From contig NW_003314266.1 of the NCBI RefSeq assembly GCF_000143415.4, positions 2,553,399-2,617,398 on the forward strand: a DNA stretch of 64,000 bases, written 5' to 3'. A program made the translations under genes and the position numbers. Below the pieces are notes generated by a model. That model did no database searches and was not told the origin of the DNA. It was given only the letters and a program-made list of their open reading frames with translations. This DNA is from Selaginella moellendorffii. Its lineage: Eukaryota > Plantae > Lycopodiophyta. Positions 48,059 to 61,179 of this stretch are shown in pieces; position 1 is the stretch's first letter; each line of letters starts with the position of its first letter.

Positions 48059-50755
48059 ATGGGCGCGCCAGTCTTCGCCGCCGCGATTTCGATCGCCTTG
48101 CTCGCGGCCAGCGCCAGCGGCGATTTCCTGGTAGGATTGGGGAGCTACGATGTCACAGGGCCGGCGGCGGATGTAAATATGATGGGCTACGCCGATCCCT
48201 CGCAGAATGCCGCTGGAATCCATCTCCGCCTCAGGGCGCGGAGCTTCATCGTGGCGGAATCCGGCGCGGATGGGAGGCGAGTAGCGTTTGTGAACGTGGA
48301 TTCGTGCATGGGATCGCAAGCGATCACGCTCAAAGTTCTTTCCAAGCTCAAGGACAGGTAAATATTTGTTTCTCTTCCACGATCGTGAGTGAGTTCTTCA
48401 CTCTTTCTTTTGTGTGAGAGGAGGTATGGAGACACCTACAGTGAGAAGAATGTGATCATCAGTGGCATTCACACGCACTCTGGCCCTGGCGGCTACTTAC
48501 AATACGTTCTCTACATTGTCACCTCCATCGGGTTCGTCAAGCAATCTTTCAACGCTCTCGTGGATGGGATTTTCAGCAGCATTGTCCAGGCTCACGAGAA
48601 TTTGAGGCCTGGTTCCATCTTACTCAATGAAGGTTAGAGATGGTGATCTCTCGATTCTAAAGTTTACTTCTCTCCAGGTGAGCTTTTGGATGCAAATATT
48701 AATCGTAGTCCCAGCGCGTATCTCAACAATCCCGTGGAAGAAAGGAAACGATACAAGTATAATGTTGACAAGAACATGGTGCTCCTCAAGTTTTTGGACA
48801 GCAAACGAGCTCCGATCGGCGCTTTCAGCTGGTTTCCAGTCCATTGTACGTCGATGAATCGGACCAACGAGCTTATAAGTGGTGACAACAAAGGTGCCGC
48901 TGCGCATTTCATGGAAGCTTGGTTTGACAAACAGCTAGAACAAGAAGGTACTGAGGTTAGATCTTAGTTTTTCCTTTGCTCGTTTCTAGTTCTTTCACCG
49001 TTTCTTAGAACCAGGAAACTTGACTGAATTACAGATCCAACCATTGAAATGCTTGGAAAACCAGGTTGGACGATGAATGCTAGTGTTACCATTCGCAACA
49101 GGCGGAGGCTTGTTGGTGATTCCAGCTCGCCTTTCATCGCTGCGTTCTCTCAGAGCAACGAGGGAGACGTCTCTCCAAACACTCTGGGGGCCTTTTGCGC
49201 TGATAGTACCGTGGCTTGTGAGTTCAACCATAGCACCTGTGATGGACGGAACGAGCAGTGCATTGGTCGTGGTCCTGGGTATGTAAAGTGGTTGTTTGTT
49301 TGTTGGTTTCATGGTTCCCGAAGTTTTCAAGTTTCTCACGCGATGACTTTGCAGATACCCGGACCACTTTGCGAGCACTAAGATCATTGCTCAAAAACAG
49401 CTCCAGAAAGCAATAGAGCTATTCCGAAGCGCGAAAGAACAGGTGGTAGGACGAGTGAATTACAAGCAAACTTTCGTCGATTTCACTCGTCTTAAAGTAA
49501 CTCTCACCGCTGCAAACGGAACGACGTCAACGGTCACGACTTGTCCGGCTGCTGTTGGTTTTAGCTTCGCAGCAGGCACGACTGACGGTCCTGGAGCTTT
49601 CGATTTTACACAAGGCGATACCAAGGTAGTACCTTAAAAACTTTTCCATAGTTTTCACTCTCTCACACTCGAGGCAGGGAAATGCGTTTTGGCGAATAGT
49701 TCGAGCGGCGCTGAAAACGCCAAACAAAGCACAGGTCGATTGTCAGTATCCAAAGCCAATTTTGATCGACACGGGCGAGATGACATTTCCATATGACTGG
49801 GCTGTAAGTCTTCTCTTGATGTCGTTCGTGGTTTTTTACTTCCTGTCTGGTTTTTTCAGCCTTCAGTTCTTCCGATCCAAATCTCGCAGATCGGCCAACT
49901 TATCATCCTCTCGGTGCCTGCAGGTAGCTTGTTTTATTCTGTTTTGCGTGTTCGTGTTCCATTTACGTTTGTCTTCCAGAGTTTAGTACCATGGCAGGAC
50001 GACGATTGAGAGATGCCGTCAAAGAAACTCTCATCGCTAAAGGCCGTGGCCAATTTGGTCCGAAAACTCGCGTCGTCATCGCTGGCCTCTCCAACGATTA
50101 CTCTCAGTACGTGACCACTTTCGAGGAGTATCAAATCCAGCGTTACGAGGTTGGTCTCTTTTCTCTTGTTTCTTTGTTCCTGACTCCATCGATCGATCCT
50201 CAGGGTGCCTCGACGCTGTTTGGTCCTCACACTCTGAGCGGATATCTCCAAGAATTCCGGAAGCTCGCGATCGCTCTAGCCGAGAACAGTAACGTCGACT
50301 CCGGGCCATCTCCGCCGGACCTTCTTGACAAGCAGCTAGAGCTTCTCCCACCCGTGGTGATGGATACGACTCCAGTCGGTGTCGACTTTGGCGATGCCAA
50401 GAACAACGTAAAGAGAGGCGCGAGTTACCGACCTGGGGACGTTGTGGAGGTGGTCTTCTGGACGGGCTGCCCAAGGAACGATTTGCTCACGGAGAAAAGC
50501 TTTAGCTCCGTGGAGATCGAGCAAAGCGATGGCTCCTGGCGATCGCTCTACGATGACAATGACTGGAGCGTGAGATTCCTGTGGAGGAGGCCGTCGTCGC
50601 TGAGCTCCAGGAGCTACGCAACGATTAGATGGGAGATACCCCAGGAAGTAAAGGCAGGGACTTACCGGATCTCGCATTTTGGAGCGAGCAAGAGCTTGTT
50701 TGGAAGCGTGAGGCCTTTCTCTGGAAGCTCCAACTCTTTCCAAGTGAAATTGTAA
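48059..50755 (+). CDS. NCER: Neutral ceramidase
   Basis: Signal peptide; GSYDVTGPAADVNMMGYA; HTHSGPGGY; VHCTSM; NEGDVSPN; AAGTTDGPG; EFSTMAGRRLR; QRYE|GASTLFGP. Confidence 0.95.
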
Positions 50756-50896
50756 GCCGAGAACCCTAAAATTTCGCGAAGAGCCCTAAACTTTGGCAAA
50801 GAACCCTGAAAACAGAGGAGCGCAAAAATAATTTTTAATTGGAGCTTTAGGTCAACCTTGTTATCGGCAATTTTTCCTTTCTTTACTACTCTGGGC

Positions 50897-52238
50897 ATGG
50901 CGGATCGAGCTTGGCCGCCATTGTTCGTCATTGCCGTGGAGATCCTGCTGCTCGCGCTCTTCTGCGGAGCGAGCGCCGGCGATCGGGATCCCAGCTACAG
51001 GTATGCGCCATTGGGATAGGGAAATTTTGCGTGGAAATTCCAGTCGCTCCGCAAGGGCGCTCATTGTCCCCGCCATGCTTTCTTTGACGCAGGGATTGCG
51101 TGGAGTCGTGCCAGAGCAGCGGCTGCATCGGGGATCTGTGCTTCTCATCGTGCAATGCGTCCACATTCTCTGGAAAGAAAGAGGAGGAGCCGATCTATTT
51201 GAGCATCACACGATGGGATTGTCCGAGCGAGTGTCGCTACCAATGCATGACCCGGCGAGAAGATGAAAGAGCTCTGGCCGGAGGGAAGCCTGTCAAGTAT
51301 CACGGAAAGTGGCCGTTTGATCGAATTTATGGTGTCCAGGTACGTAAGTTTGTTGTTCTTTCTTTCCTTTCGTGTTCCATCACTGTGCTGAGCTTCTTCT
51401 CTTTTTTTTTTTTCCACTTCTAGGAACCCGCTGCCGTGTTCTTCTCGCTACTTAATCTCTTCGCTCACGTCTGGGGTCTCGGATCCTTCCTCTCCACTGT
51501 GTACTACGAGCTTCCTCGAGGAAGAAAAGGACCATACTACGAATTCGTGGGACTCTGGACGGTGTATGGGCTGCTTTCGATACATTCCTGGTTTTGGAGC
51601 GTGGTCTTTCATACAAGGTGTGGAACTTGGACTTGTTTCTTTCTTTTGTTCTTTAAGCTCGATGGATTGCTTCCTTTGCTCAGAGACACGCCAGTTCACG
51701 AGAGCTGGGACTACTCCTCAGCCGTGGCCACGCTTGGCTTCTCGCTCATCTTGGCCATCACTAGAACACTGAGCATCAAAACCGAGGCGGCTCGAGTCAT
51801 GGTCTCCGCGCCGTGCATTGGTTTCATAGCGACTCACATTTGCTACCTCAACTTTTACGAATTCGACTACGGTGAGATACTTTGTTGATACTTCCAAGAC
51901 AACTAAGTTTTTCCTTTCATTTGTTTTGCCTAGGCTGGAACATGATCGTGTGCGTGGTGATGGGTCTAAGCCAACTTCTCTTCTGGCTGGTTTGGGCCAT
52001 CGTCTCCAAGCATCCATCGAGATTAAAGGTATGGACTGTGGGACTGGGAACTTTGGGGGCGATGCTGCTCGAGCTATACGATTTTCCGCCGCTGGGAGGC
52101 CAGTTTGATGCTCACTCGCTGTGGCATTTGGGGACGATCCCTCTCACTTTTCTCTGGTGGAGCTTTGTCAAGGACGACGCCGTCGCGAGAACGTCAAGGC
52201 TCGTCAAGAGGAACCAAACCGTGAAGAAAGTAGAGTGA
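50897..52238 (+). CDS. PGAP3: Per1-like / post-GPI attachment to proteins factor 3
   Basis: Signal peptide ..ASAGD; CRYQCM; KYHGKWPF..GVQ|EPA; WSVVFH; DYSSA; DAHSLWH. Confidence 0.93.
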
Positions 52239-52494
52239 AGGAAATGGGCTGTATAGGATTTTTGTAAAATGGAATATGCTTTTCCAAAACCTTGTTTAAC
52301 CCACCGGAATTAGATTCCTTTTGTTGTCCATTATACTTTATAAAGCAAGTTCTTAGATTGAAGATAATCTAACCCTTTAAATGTTAAAAATACTAACATT
52401 ATTTGCGGATCCTGGAGAAAAAATTCGTAAAAGAGATTTTCGTCGCCAACAAACGATGAAACGTTTCTGTTGCTTTCAGTGCTCAAAAACTCCA

Positions 52495-52747
52495 CCAGAT
52501 TACGATCACAAGGTACAAAGACATAACGAGAATGTTGTGCTGTAGATGGTATTGTTCACAATCTGGAAACTTACATCAGCGTGGCTCACGCCTCTCAAGT
52601 ACCAGCTTCTCGGAAGGTGATCTTACAGTGTCTGGTGATCGAGAATCTTGGCTGTGTTCTATTCTACGAACTTTTTGTCCTATGTTTTACTTTCTAGAAG
52701 AAAAAAAATCCCATTCACGCACTATGTATTTACAGGCTATTGACTTG
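52495..52747 (+). pseudogene. Orphan copy of the NTAQ1 3' exons carried by the annexin duplication
   Basis: Reverse-complement match to ~46803-47115 (CACAATCTGGAAACTTACATCAGCGTG..GAGAATCTTGGCTGTGTTCT). Confidence 0.8.
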
Positions 52748-54026
52748 TCAGTGCCCCCCGACGAGGCTGAGCAGGAAGTGTCTGTAGTTTCCAGAAGTGT
52801 CACCCGAGATCATTGATTCTAATGGCTTCTTGTACTTTTGGTAGAAATCCGCCTTGATGTACTGCATATCCTGCTCGGCCCTGGTGACGACCACTCTAAT
52901 CAGCGTCGAGTCGTCGGTTCCCATACGTTTCATCGAGTCATACAAAACCTGGACGCAGAGAATACGCGTAAGTTTCGAAGGAAGAACGGAAGCAAGAAAA
53001 AAATGTGACAAACCTTGGCGAAGTATCGTCCAGGCCTTGTTACGGACTTAACGATCAGCCTGAGAGCATCTTCAAAGTCCCCGGAAGTTTCTCGCCTTAT
53101 GGCCTACCAGCAAAAGTAAGTTTTCGCTTTCCTTCCTTCCAACTTTAAGGACTAGGCAGCTTTCTAGACACTGGATAGATGCTTACTTTGTCAATGTCGC
53201 GCTTGTACAGGTGTTTGTAGGCTGCGAATGCGGCGTGGAGCTGCGCGGCGCTCCTCGTTGAGAAAATGCGAATGAAAGTCGACTCGTCGGTGCCAAGCCT
53301 TCCTTCTCCAGCTCTATACAACTCTCTCGCGTCGGCGTCAGCTAAATGCATGTCTACGTGAGGCCACTCCGGCCGCTGTCCACTCGCGAAGGCCAAGAGC
53401 AGCTGCAAAATCAAAGACAAAGAACAAGCTCGTCAAAACTCGTTTGATCGATCGAGGTAAGAGATTTTCGTATTCTTCTCACCTTTCTATAGTCACCACT
53501 TGTGTCTGATTGAATGTCTTTGTCCAGGGAGCGATGATACTTGGTTTGATATGCCTGGCGTATGTAGTAGAGCTGCGAGGGAGTTCTCGAGCAGATGATC
53601 TCGATCAGCGTCTTATCTTTGGTACCCAGTCCTTTCATCGCATCTCTGAGTAACACCGCGTCCCTTTCAGCTGGCTCCATCATCCACAGCAGCACTGCTT
53701 GCTGGAAGATATATCAAAGATTTTAATCTTCGCACACTAAAACTAAACTCACCTCGAGCTTCCCGTGGAGTTCTTTCTCCAATCTTCGCAAGAGATCCTC
53801 TCCATACATGCTTCTGTAAGCGTTTACCAGCTCTCTCCGCTGCAAGTAATTCCTGTGCGCCAGAATTTGTATGACGTGCTTCTCATTGCATCCAAATCCT
53901 GGCGGAAAGAAGAAGAGTTACATCCGATGATCGCGAGCGATCGATCCCACCTTTGAAAGCGTGATGCAAGGCCTGGCAATCTTGCTGGACGGGGGGAAGC
54001 ATCGGCGGCACTGTGATCGTGGACAT
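52748..54026 (-). CDS. ANN: Annexin (copy 2, inverted duplicate)
   Basis: Near-identical reverse complement of copy 1, introns included. Examples of substitutions: RPEGP>RPEWP, GRVG>GRLG. Confidence 0.94.
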
Positions 54027-54699
54027 TGCGGTAGCGAATCCAGTCGCAATTAGATGGGAGAAGAAATTTAGTGCCGCGCCGAAGGAATCCCTTGGAATTT
54101 ATCCAAGAAGGACGCGCATTTAGTAAAATAGACTGCCGCGTGGACACTACATTAGACAGACGAATATACGAGAGATCTATGTGATCGTTTAGGACCATCT
54201 TCAAAAATCTCATTGAAAAAGGAATATCTTTCGAATATACTCAATTTAAGGCCACAATGCTGCGATAGCTCGCTTGCCCCGCACTGATCCAATCTGACTT
54301 ACTTCTGGAAAGTGAACGTCCACCGGTGGGGCATCAAGCACACGTATTATATGACACAGCGGCACTGTATGTGGCGTCTATGGAACTCCCTAGCCAATCC
54401 TTGTATTTGACACCTTCACACCCACTTGTTATTTATGGATACACTATCAACCATTCGCCACGTGGACGTGAAAATTTACGCATGCAAAGCTACACCCAAA
54501 TCGGGCAAGTCAGTCACTTAAGATCAAAGCTTGGGGTAGTTAGTCCACATGGCAGCTAGCAGTTATGGCTGGCCACGGCTATTGTTTGCTAAGGCATTGG
54601 ACTCTAACTCTCCTTTGTTGAGTGCTTGGGGATCCTATTGATTTGCCTCATCTACATAGTGCATACCCTAATTTTGGTATGGCCGCAAGGATTGGTTTG

Positions 54700-55300
54700 G
54701 TTGGATTTATGTAAAAATTATGTCTATTTAGCAATTGAAGAGTCTTCAAGCATCAAGTTCTTAGGATGAAACTTAGGAAATGCAATGATTTATTTTAGTT
54801 CCAGTATATTTTGGAACAAGAAAGTACAATCCCTATTATATACCTTTGAGGCTGGAGCTTTCAGATCACTTGATCTGGGTAATCTCTAAAGGAAAGTGTG
54901 AGAGGTATTGAAGGATAATATTGTCAAGATAGCAACGACAAAATCCCTGCTTATTTCCATAAAGGATTTTTTTTCTTAAGCTTAATGCAAGTTCCAGTCT
55001 TAATCAAATTTGTACTCACATTATCAATTGGGATAGAAGTTTTCAGCCGTGTTTCAAGAATTTGATCTAGCAACTATTCAAGTTGTTCATACTGTATATG
55101 TGGAGGCATGTGGAGTTCAACCTGCTCCACTTAAAGATCTACATATTTTAGTCTCAATAAATCAACACAATTGGAAGTATACATGGTGGATTAATCCATT
55201 GATAGGCCATTAGCTTTACTTTGAGATATTTTTACTAAAACTTTGTTTCCTACCATAAGTTCAAGAGTGAACCATAATCAAGATCTTCACCTTGACCTTG
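54700..55300 (-). mobile_element. Possible highly degraded gypsy RT remnant
   Basis: RDFVVA/YLDNII near 54915-54950 resembles the YLDDII motif. Little other support. Confidence 0.3.
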
Positions 55301-56849
55301 ATATATCCATTACCTTTTAAGCTTAAATTATGCTCAAAGACACTAATATTCAGCTTAAAAAAGCACTAATATTCAGCTTAAAGATATTATTTTTGTGTTT
55401 GACTTGCAAGTTATTCAGCACCTTTAGGCTTTATATTCATAACAAACCTCAATCAACACAACCAAGATGAGTCATATATGCTAGTCTCTTCTGTAATCAG
55501 ATAGTTAGCTCACACTTTTGAGCGATTTCCATCAACTTTAATGGTTTTATACACCAACAGCATTTTTGCTTAACCAGTTTAATCAACTTTACTAACTTGT
55601 TAAGTCTTACCAGATATATAAGAGACTTTGAAACAAATATCTAAACTCAAGTGAATGTTCTATGGCACTTTGGAGACCCAACATAAGATCTATCTAAAGA
55701 TCAACATTCTGAAATTCATCCAGAAATTACAACACTATATTTAAGTGAAATTTGCATAAAAACAAGAACTGCTTACACAATTTCGTAAGAAACACCCCAA
55801 GTATTTGGATGCAACTCCTTGAAGTGGGACTAACACAATACACCATTAAAGGATTTACAACCAGATCACCTGGAGGACATATCCATCCTTGTCTAACTTA
55901 GTCTTATTTAATGTGCAACTCCAACCATGGATAATATAGTAAAAAAGTCTTTTTAAATCACTAACAAAATAGAGCCTTTGACCTTGAACACCTTTACAGG
56001 ATCTTGATCTTTTGGCTTCTCCAAAGTGTTTGAAGACTTTTGTTGTCTAGCATACTTTTTTACAAACACAAGTAAATATATACCTGATGTGCATTTAAAC
56101 ACTTCTTGGACAGCTTTTAAACAAGCAGCTGATATTAACTTTGATCCATCCTTTGCAAGTATCAAGAAAAGGGTCTAGCATATTGAAGAACCCTAAAAAT
56201 CTGAGAAGATAAACGAGCTATAAACAGAATCCTTCACCCTAGTGCAAAGAGGAAAGGAAATTTTATGTAACATTTCGTTTGTCCAATTTGGGGTGAACCC
56301 TAACTGAGTGCTATGTGGCAAATTAAGTGTGAGGACAAGTTTTTGGTTCACATTGGGAAGAAGGTGTGATCACACAAGGTGTTTTGTAGTGCATTCTTGT
56401 GCCTCAAAGGTACACAGGGTGTTTAAACAGAAAAGTAAGCAGTTGCTTACTCACTATGCCTAAAAAAGTAAGCTTTTGTCTTGATTTATTGCATCACTTT
56501 CTAACAATGTCTTTAGCATTCTCATTAAAAGTCTCTGATGCCACACAAAGCCTTGAATCCAAGCTCTGTTTACATTGCTCAAATTAGCAACCACTCACGA
56601 TGCTCAATGTAGCAAACATCAATCTTCCACACATGGTCCAGGAATGGACAGCCACACACTGCTTGTGAGAGCATATATGGCTGCCCCTCACCTCCACTAT
56701 AAGAAGGACTAGCTCTCTATTCATGGATACATGCACCAAAACAAGGGAAACCAAAGAATGATCAAGGTGCTGTAGTAGGCTAGCATTTTCTTCTTGGCAA
56801 ATGGGTAGTACTAAGTCAAGTGCAGCTGGGGGCGTAGTGGGAGAGAAAT

Positions 56850-57350
56850 GCCTAGGGTACTCGCGGTATGGGACCTTGATGGATGTTAGAGCAGTGTTTG
56901 AATGTCCCAACCTGATTTCATAAACAGCACTTATCCAAAGCTGTGTGGAGAATGGTGAAGAGGAGTTGTTTTCATGAATACAAAAGTCACAATAGAGATG
57001 TTTATTAGATGCACAAATGTTCGTGGTATTTTGAGATCTTCAGTTCTTTGTGGCTAGACTCATGGCTAGTGCTAATTTGGTGGAGACAACCAATATCAAC
57101 TCCTAGAAAGACTCACTTTCGTTCACTCTTGAGCTAGGAAGAGTAGATGTGACATAGATATATACTAACTATGGTAGTATTGGAAATGCTTGAGGGGTTT
57201 TTCTTTTCATCAAATGCCTCAATGGGACATGGTTTCTTAGACCTCTTTAGTGTTATTGGAAATTTGAAGGATTTTGATGAAAATAGAGTGGTGTGAACTT
57301 ATGTGGCTGTCTTGGGTGATGTTAGCTTGGCCATGAGCATGAATTTTGAT
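56850..57350 (+). pseudogene. PLS-type PPR remnant
   Basis: YSRYGTLMDVRAVFE.PNLIS*TALIQSCVENG; LELGR; YGSIGNA; YVAVLG. Confidence 0.6.
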
Positions 57351-57914
57351 TTTGTGGGTGTGACACAAATCTGAAAACGTAGGAGAGAAGAAAATGCTAG
57401 CACACTAATGTCTGTACATTTTTTTTGAGAAAGGATACAGTGCATACTGTTTATAATTTTAGTTATGTGATAGTCTACATTATTAGTCTACATTATTGCT
57501 GGTGCAAAAGTTGAGCAAGATAACTGTGAGATTTTCAATAACTTTGTTTCTGAATGTGAAATTTTTAGTTTGTGTGGGGACACACAAGTTTTAATGGCTA
57601 CATATATAATGGGCTAAAGTGATGCCCTTGGTATCCAGTTTGGAACTGAGTGCTAATGTGGCATGTGAATGTGAGGGTTGGTTCACTTTCAGAGGATGTG
57701 AGCAATGGGTGCTAATGTGAGCACATGGGGTGTTTTATAGTGCATTCTTGTGCCTCAAAGGTTGATCACTTTTTGGTTTCCCTTGTTTTTGTGCATGTGT
57801 TTAAGTCTATTCCCAAACACAACACACCCTAGCTTTTAAATAAAAGCTTATTAAATAAAAGAATAAACCCTAGGTTTATAAAATCAATTTGTTTTATTGA
57901 TGCGGTCTAAAACT

Positions 57915-58075
57915 CCCCGGGCATCGTCCTGCCAGTACATGTCCACAAGAAGATCAAAGTATCTCATTCGTGCCCACTCTTGCAAATGTGCCTGTGGATT
58001 CTCTTTCCCAGTTCCAGAGCTTTGCTGCCTACATCTTCGTAGAAGAGGAGCGTACATGTTTGAATCTGCATAAGA
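57915..58075 (-). pseudogene. PLS-type PPR N-terminal fragment
   Basis: YAPLLRRC../KALELGKRIHRHICKSGHE*DT..LLVDMY. Confidence 0.6.
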
Positions 58076-58599
58076 GAGGGTCTCTAGTCTCCATCGAGAT
58101 TGCTAAACACTCTACTGTATGATCTACTGATGGTAGAAAATCTGTATTATGGATTGATGCTTTGTCTTGCTCTTTCTCCAATCCATATGTCTCCTTGTCT
58201 TCTGGACTCTTTTTAAGCTTGGTATTTCATGTAAATGATAATAGATAATTTCTTTATAGAGGAGAATAAGAAAAGATATATTAAAAAGAAAGAATGTTCC
58301 AATTCTCTCTTGAATAGCTTACAGTCATACACTATACCTAAATCACCACATGTATGCCGCTAGAAAGTAAAATTATAAAGGTCCACTTCTTACTTCTTGT
58401 AGGAACCTTTAGACAAATTAACAGAACAACAATCACAAAGGAGATAGAATGGAGGTGTCCACAAAATTCCCCCTTGGAACAAGCCATACGATTCTAAACA
58501 TGTTTATAATTTATATCCTTTCTTTTGATTTTAGTTTATTTTACACAGAAGGCAAACCTGATTTTGAAAAGCTCTCCTGGATTTAAATTTGATCCCGTG

Positions 58600-59330
58600 A
58601 CTTCAGTTACATTTCGAAGTGCACTGCCTTCGGTCGAGGAGGAGGAGCAAGCAGCTGCTTCCGCCCCGAGTAGCTCTTTATGATTCTTTCGCCGCTGCCC
58701 CCAGTGACGCACCCGACTTGCTTTTCCAAGTCGTGGTCAGGAGTGGTATCATCTGATAACTTTTAAGTTCCAGTAGTCCTCCTCGTCTTCTGGATTGAAT
58801 TCTTGTTGCGCGCCTTCTTTGAGCATTGCTTCGTGGCTTTCAGGTTCCAATGCTTCTTTAGAGAGTCCGGAATCTCGTCTAAGTCTGATGCTTCTGGTTT
58901 AAAAAGGAAAAGTCAGACCTAGAAACTCAAGGAATGATTGCTAGCTCACCCTTAGAATTCGACGACTGCGAGCATTTTCCGAGAAGAGTCTGTGCTGCTC
59001 GTCGCACCCAAAAATCCAAGTTCTCACCGGACACCAGCAGACGCTTAGAAAGCAGCAACAAATCGTTGGGCCGAAAGCGATAGGATCGCAGTTGAACAAA
59101 GGTCAACACATCAGCTTGCATCGCGCTAGGCAGTGGTTCAATCCACAGGCAGCTGCAACCATGACAAAAAATTCACCCACAAATCCAGAAAACACAAAAC
59201 CCTACTTGCGAGCCTGGATGCCGTCCAGAAGCGCAACCTCCCGCGCCAGAAGATCGGGGATCAGCATCCAAAGCTGCGAAGAATGCCCCGAATCGGCTAG
59301 GCGCACGCTGCCATCCAACCGGAGCAATCC
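58600..59330 (-). pseudogene. Degenerate multi-exon gene of unknown function
   Basis: Coding-like stretches (LIPDLLAREVALLDG; RSYRFRPNDLLLLSKRL; acidic EFNPEDEEDYW) with splice-like sites and in-frame stops. No family recognised. Confidence 0.3.
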
Positions 59331-59448
59331 TAGGAGCTCTAAATTCAAAAGAAGGCGCGAAAAAACTAGGTCAAATAGGAAGTGCACCAACGTTTGTGGT
59401 GATAAGTAATGGTTTTCTAGTGTATGGACTTTACAGATGGTAGTCCAA

Positions 59449-60475
59449 TTACTTGTGCAATTTAGAGAGGAGGAAGAGGCAGCCCGAGGAGAAAAGAATG
59501 GAGGCCGAGAGACACACGAGATCCAAGCCTGTGTGGATGACGATCTTCTCAAACATGCCAACCAGAAGGATCATGACGATAACATGTCCCAGTTTCGTCT
59601 TGAGCTCGTCCAGGGATCGAATTTCCAGCCACTTCGGGCGCTCCTGAATGAAAGATATGATTCACAAACTTTCGAAACGAGAGGTTTTAGCAAAGTCACC
59701 TGGAGCCTGAAAAGCCCAAACAAGTTGGAGCCGCAAACAGTAGTTCTGGGGACTCCAGCCGGGAGGTTCTCTTCTGGAATGTCGAGCGTGCTCACAAACA
59801 ACTCGTACAAGCCCATCACAGTCCATGTCTGCAAAGATCAAATTCAGTTGATCACTGTTTGATCTCAATCGAGATTTTAGATCTCCATCGTACCTACAGC
59901 TTCCACCAGCAAAAGTATAACTTCGTTGTCAACTCCTTGCCAGATTGCATTGAAATACTCTATAAACGACCTCAACACGAACAAAGAACACTGTCACAAA
60001 GGAAAACCAAGCAAAAGTTTTGAGCATAGGAACCAAAACTAAGAAGAATTGTCAATGGAAGAGTAAGATATGATTTACCTTGACAAAACACAGCAATGAG
60101 CCTGCTAAAGAACCAATCACTCCGAACAGTGTGAGGAATTTGCAATAAAAAATTGCCTGAAAAAAATTCCAAAAGAGAGATAAACAAAACTACCAATGAA
60201 AACTAGAGTTCCTAAATATCGAAAGAGTTCTTACCCTTTTGATGCGTTCCTCCTGCTTCGATCGTAATGCTTCACAATTTGAGCCGCGGCGGCAGCAGCA
60301 GCTGGATCGATCGATATGAGCCCATTCTCGTGATGACCGATCGCGCCGGCCTCACGGAAATCCGCCGCTGGCTCCAGAGACCGCTGGCAGCCAATCTTTT
60401 GGCTGCCGATCTGTGAAATATCCGCGGCTGCGTGGCCAGCATGGAAACTCTGTGACACCCCAAGGCGCTCGCCAT
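59449..60475 (-). pseudogene. UPF0114/YqhA membrane protein, frameshifted
   Basis: EERIKR|AIFYCKFLTLFGVIGSLAGSLLCFVK; LLVEAVD; MGLYELFVS; GSNLFGLF; ERPKWLEIRSLDELKTKLGHVIVMILLV. Exon 1 is out of frame (241 nt) and there are small deletions. Confidence 0.8.
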
Positions 60476-61179
60476 AGCTGGCTGCTCAATCCGGCCTGAA
60501 ATAAGGTACATGCACAGATGTGTTTTGAATTGATGATTAGGACCTACATCTGCGACAGGCTTGCCGCTCAAACCTTAGAAAGCGAACCAAGGTTGGCAGC
60601 TTGGAAGCAGCGGATGATCACTGAATGCTCATACCCAGAATTTGGATACGCGACACGGCTGTAGCGGCAGATCGACTGGGATTCAGTCAGTTGATATTTC
60701 AGCATAAAAAAAACGTTTTTACAGTTGATCAAGCTTTATTGCAACAAAGGCAAGACTATTAGTAACAAGTCTATATATATTGGCACCACGTGCTTTGACT
60801 CTCTAGAATGTCATTGTAAACCTACAAAAAAAAGAGCAAAAAAACAGGACATTAGCAAGTGATTTAAGCTTGAGCACACATAACTCTTCAATACTGGTTT
60901 AAAGCTAGAATTGTCTNNNNNNNNNNNNNNNNNNNNNNNNNNNNNNNNNNNNNNNNNNNNNNNNNNNNNNNNNNNNNNNNNNNNNNNNNNNNNNNNNNNN
61001 NNNNNNNNNNNNNNNNTAATACATAGCTCCATGTAAGCTCACAATGTGGCCCAAGACTGTGAAGAGCTTTTGTAGATTGCTTGAGATTTGTACTTTAACT
61101 AAAATAAAGAGTAATGAAGAGAAAACATGGGCAATATTTTAGCATTCAGCAATTAACAATGCACAGTTCTATGTAAATT

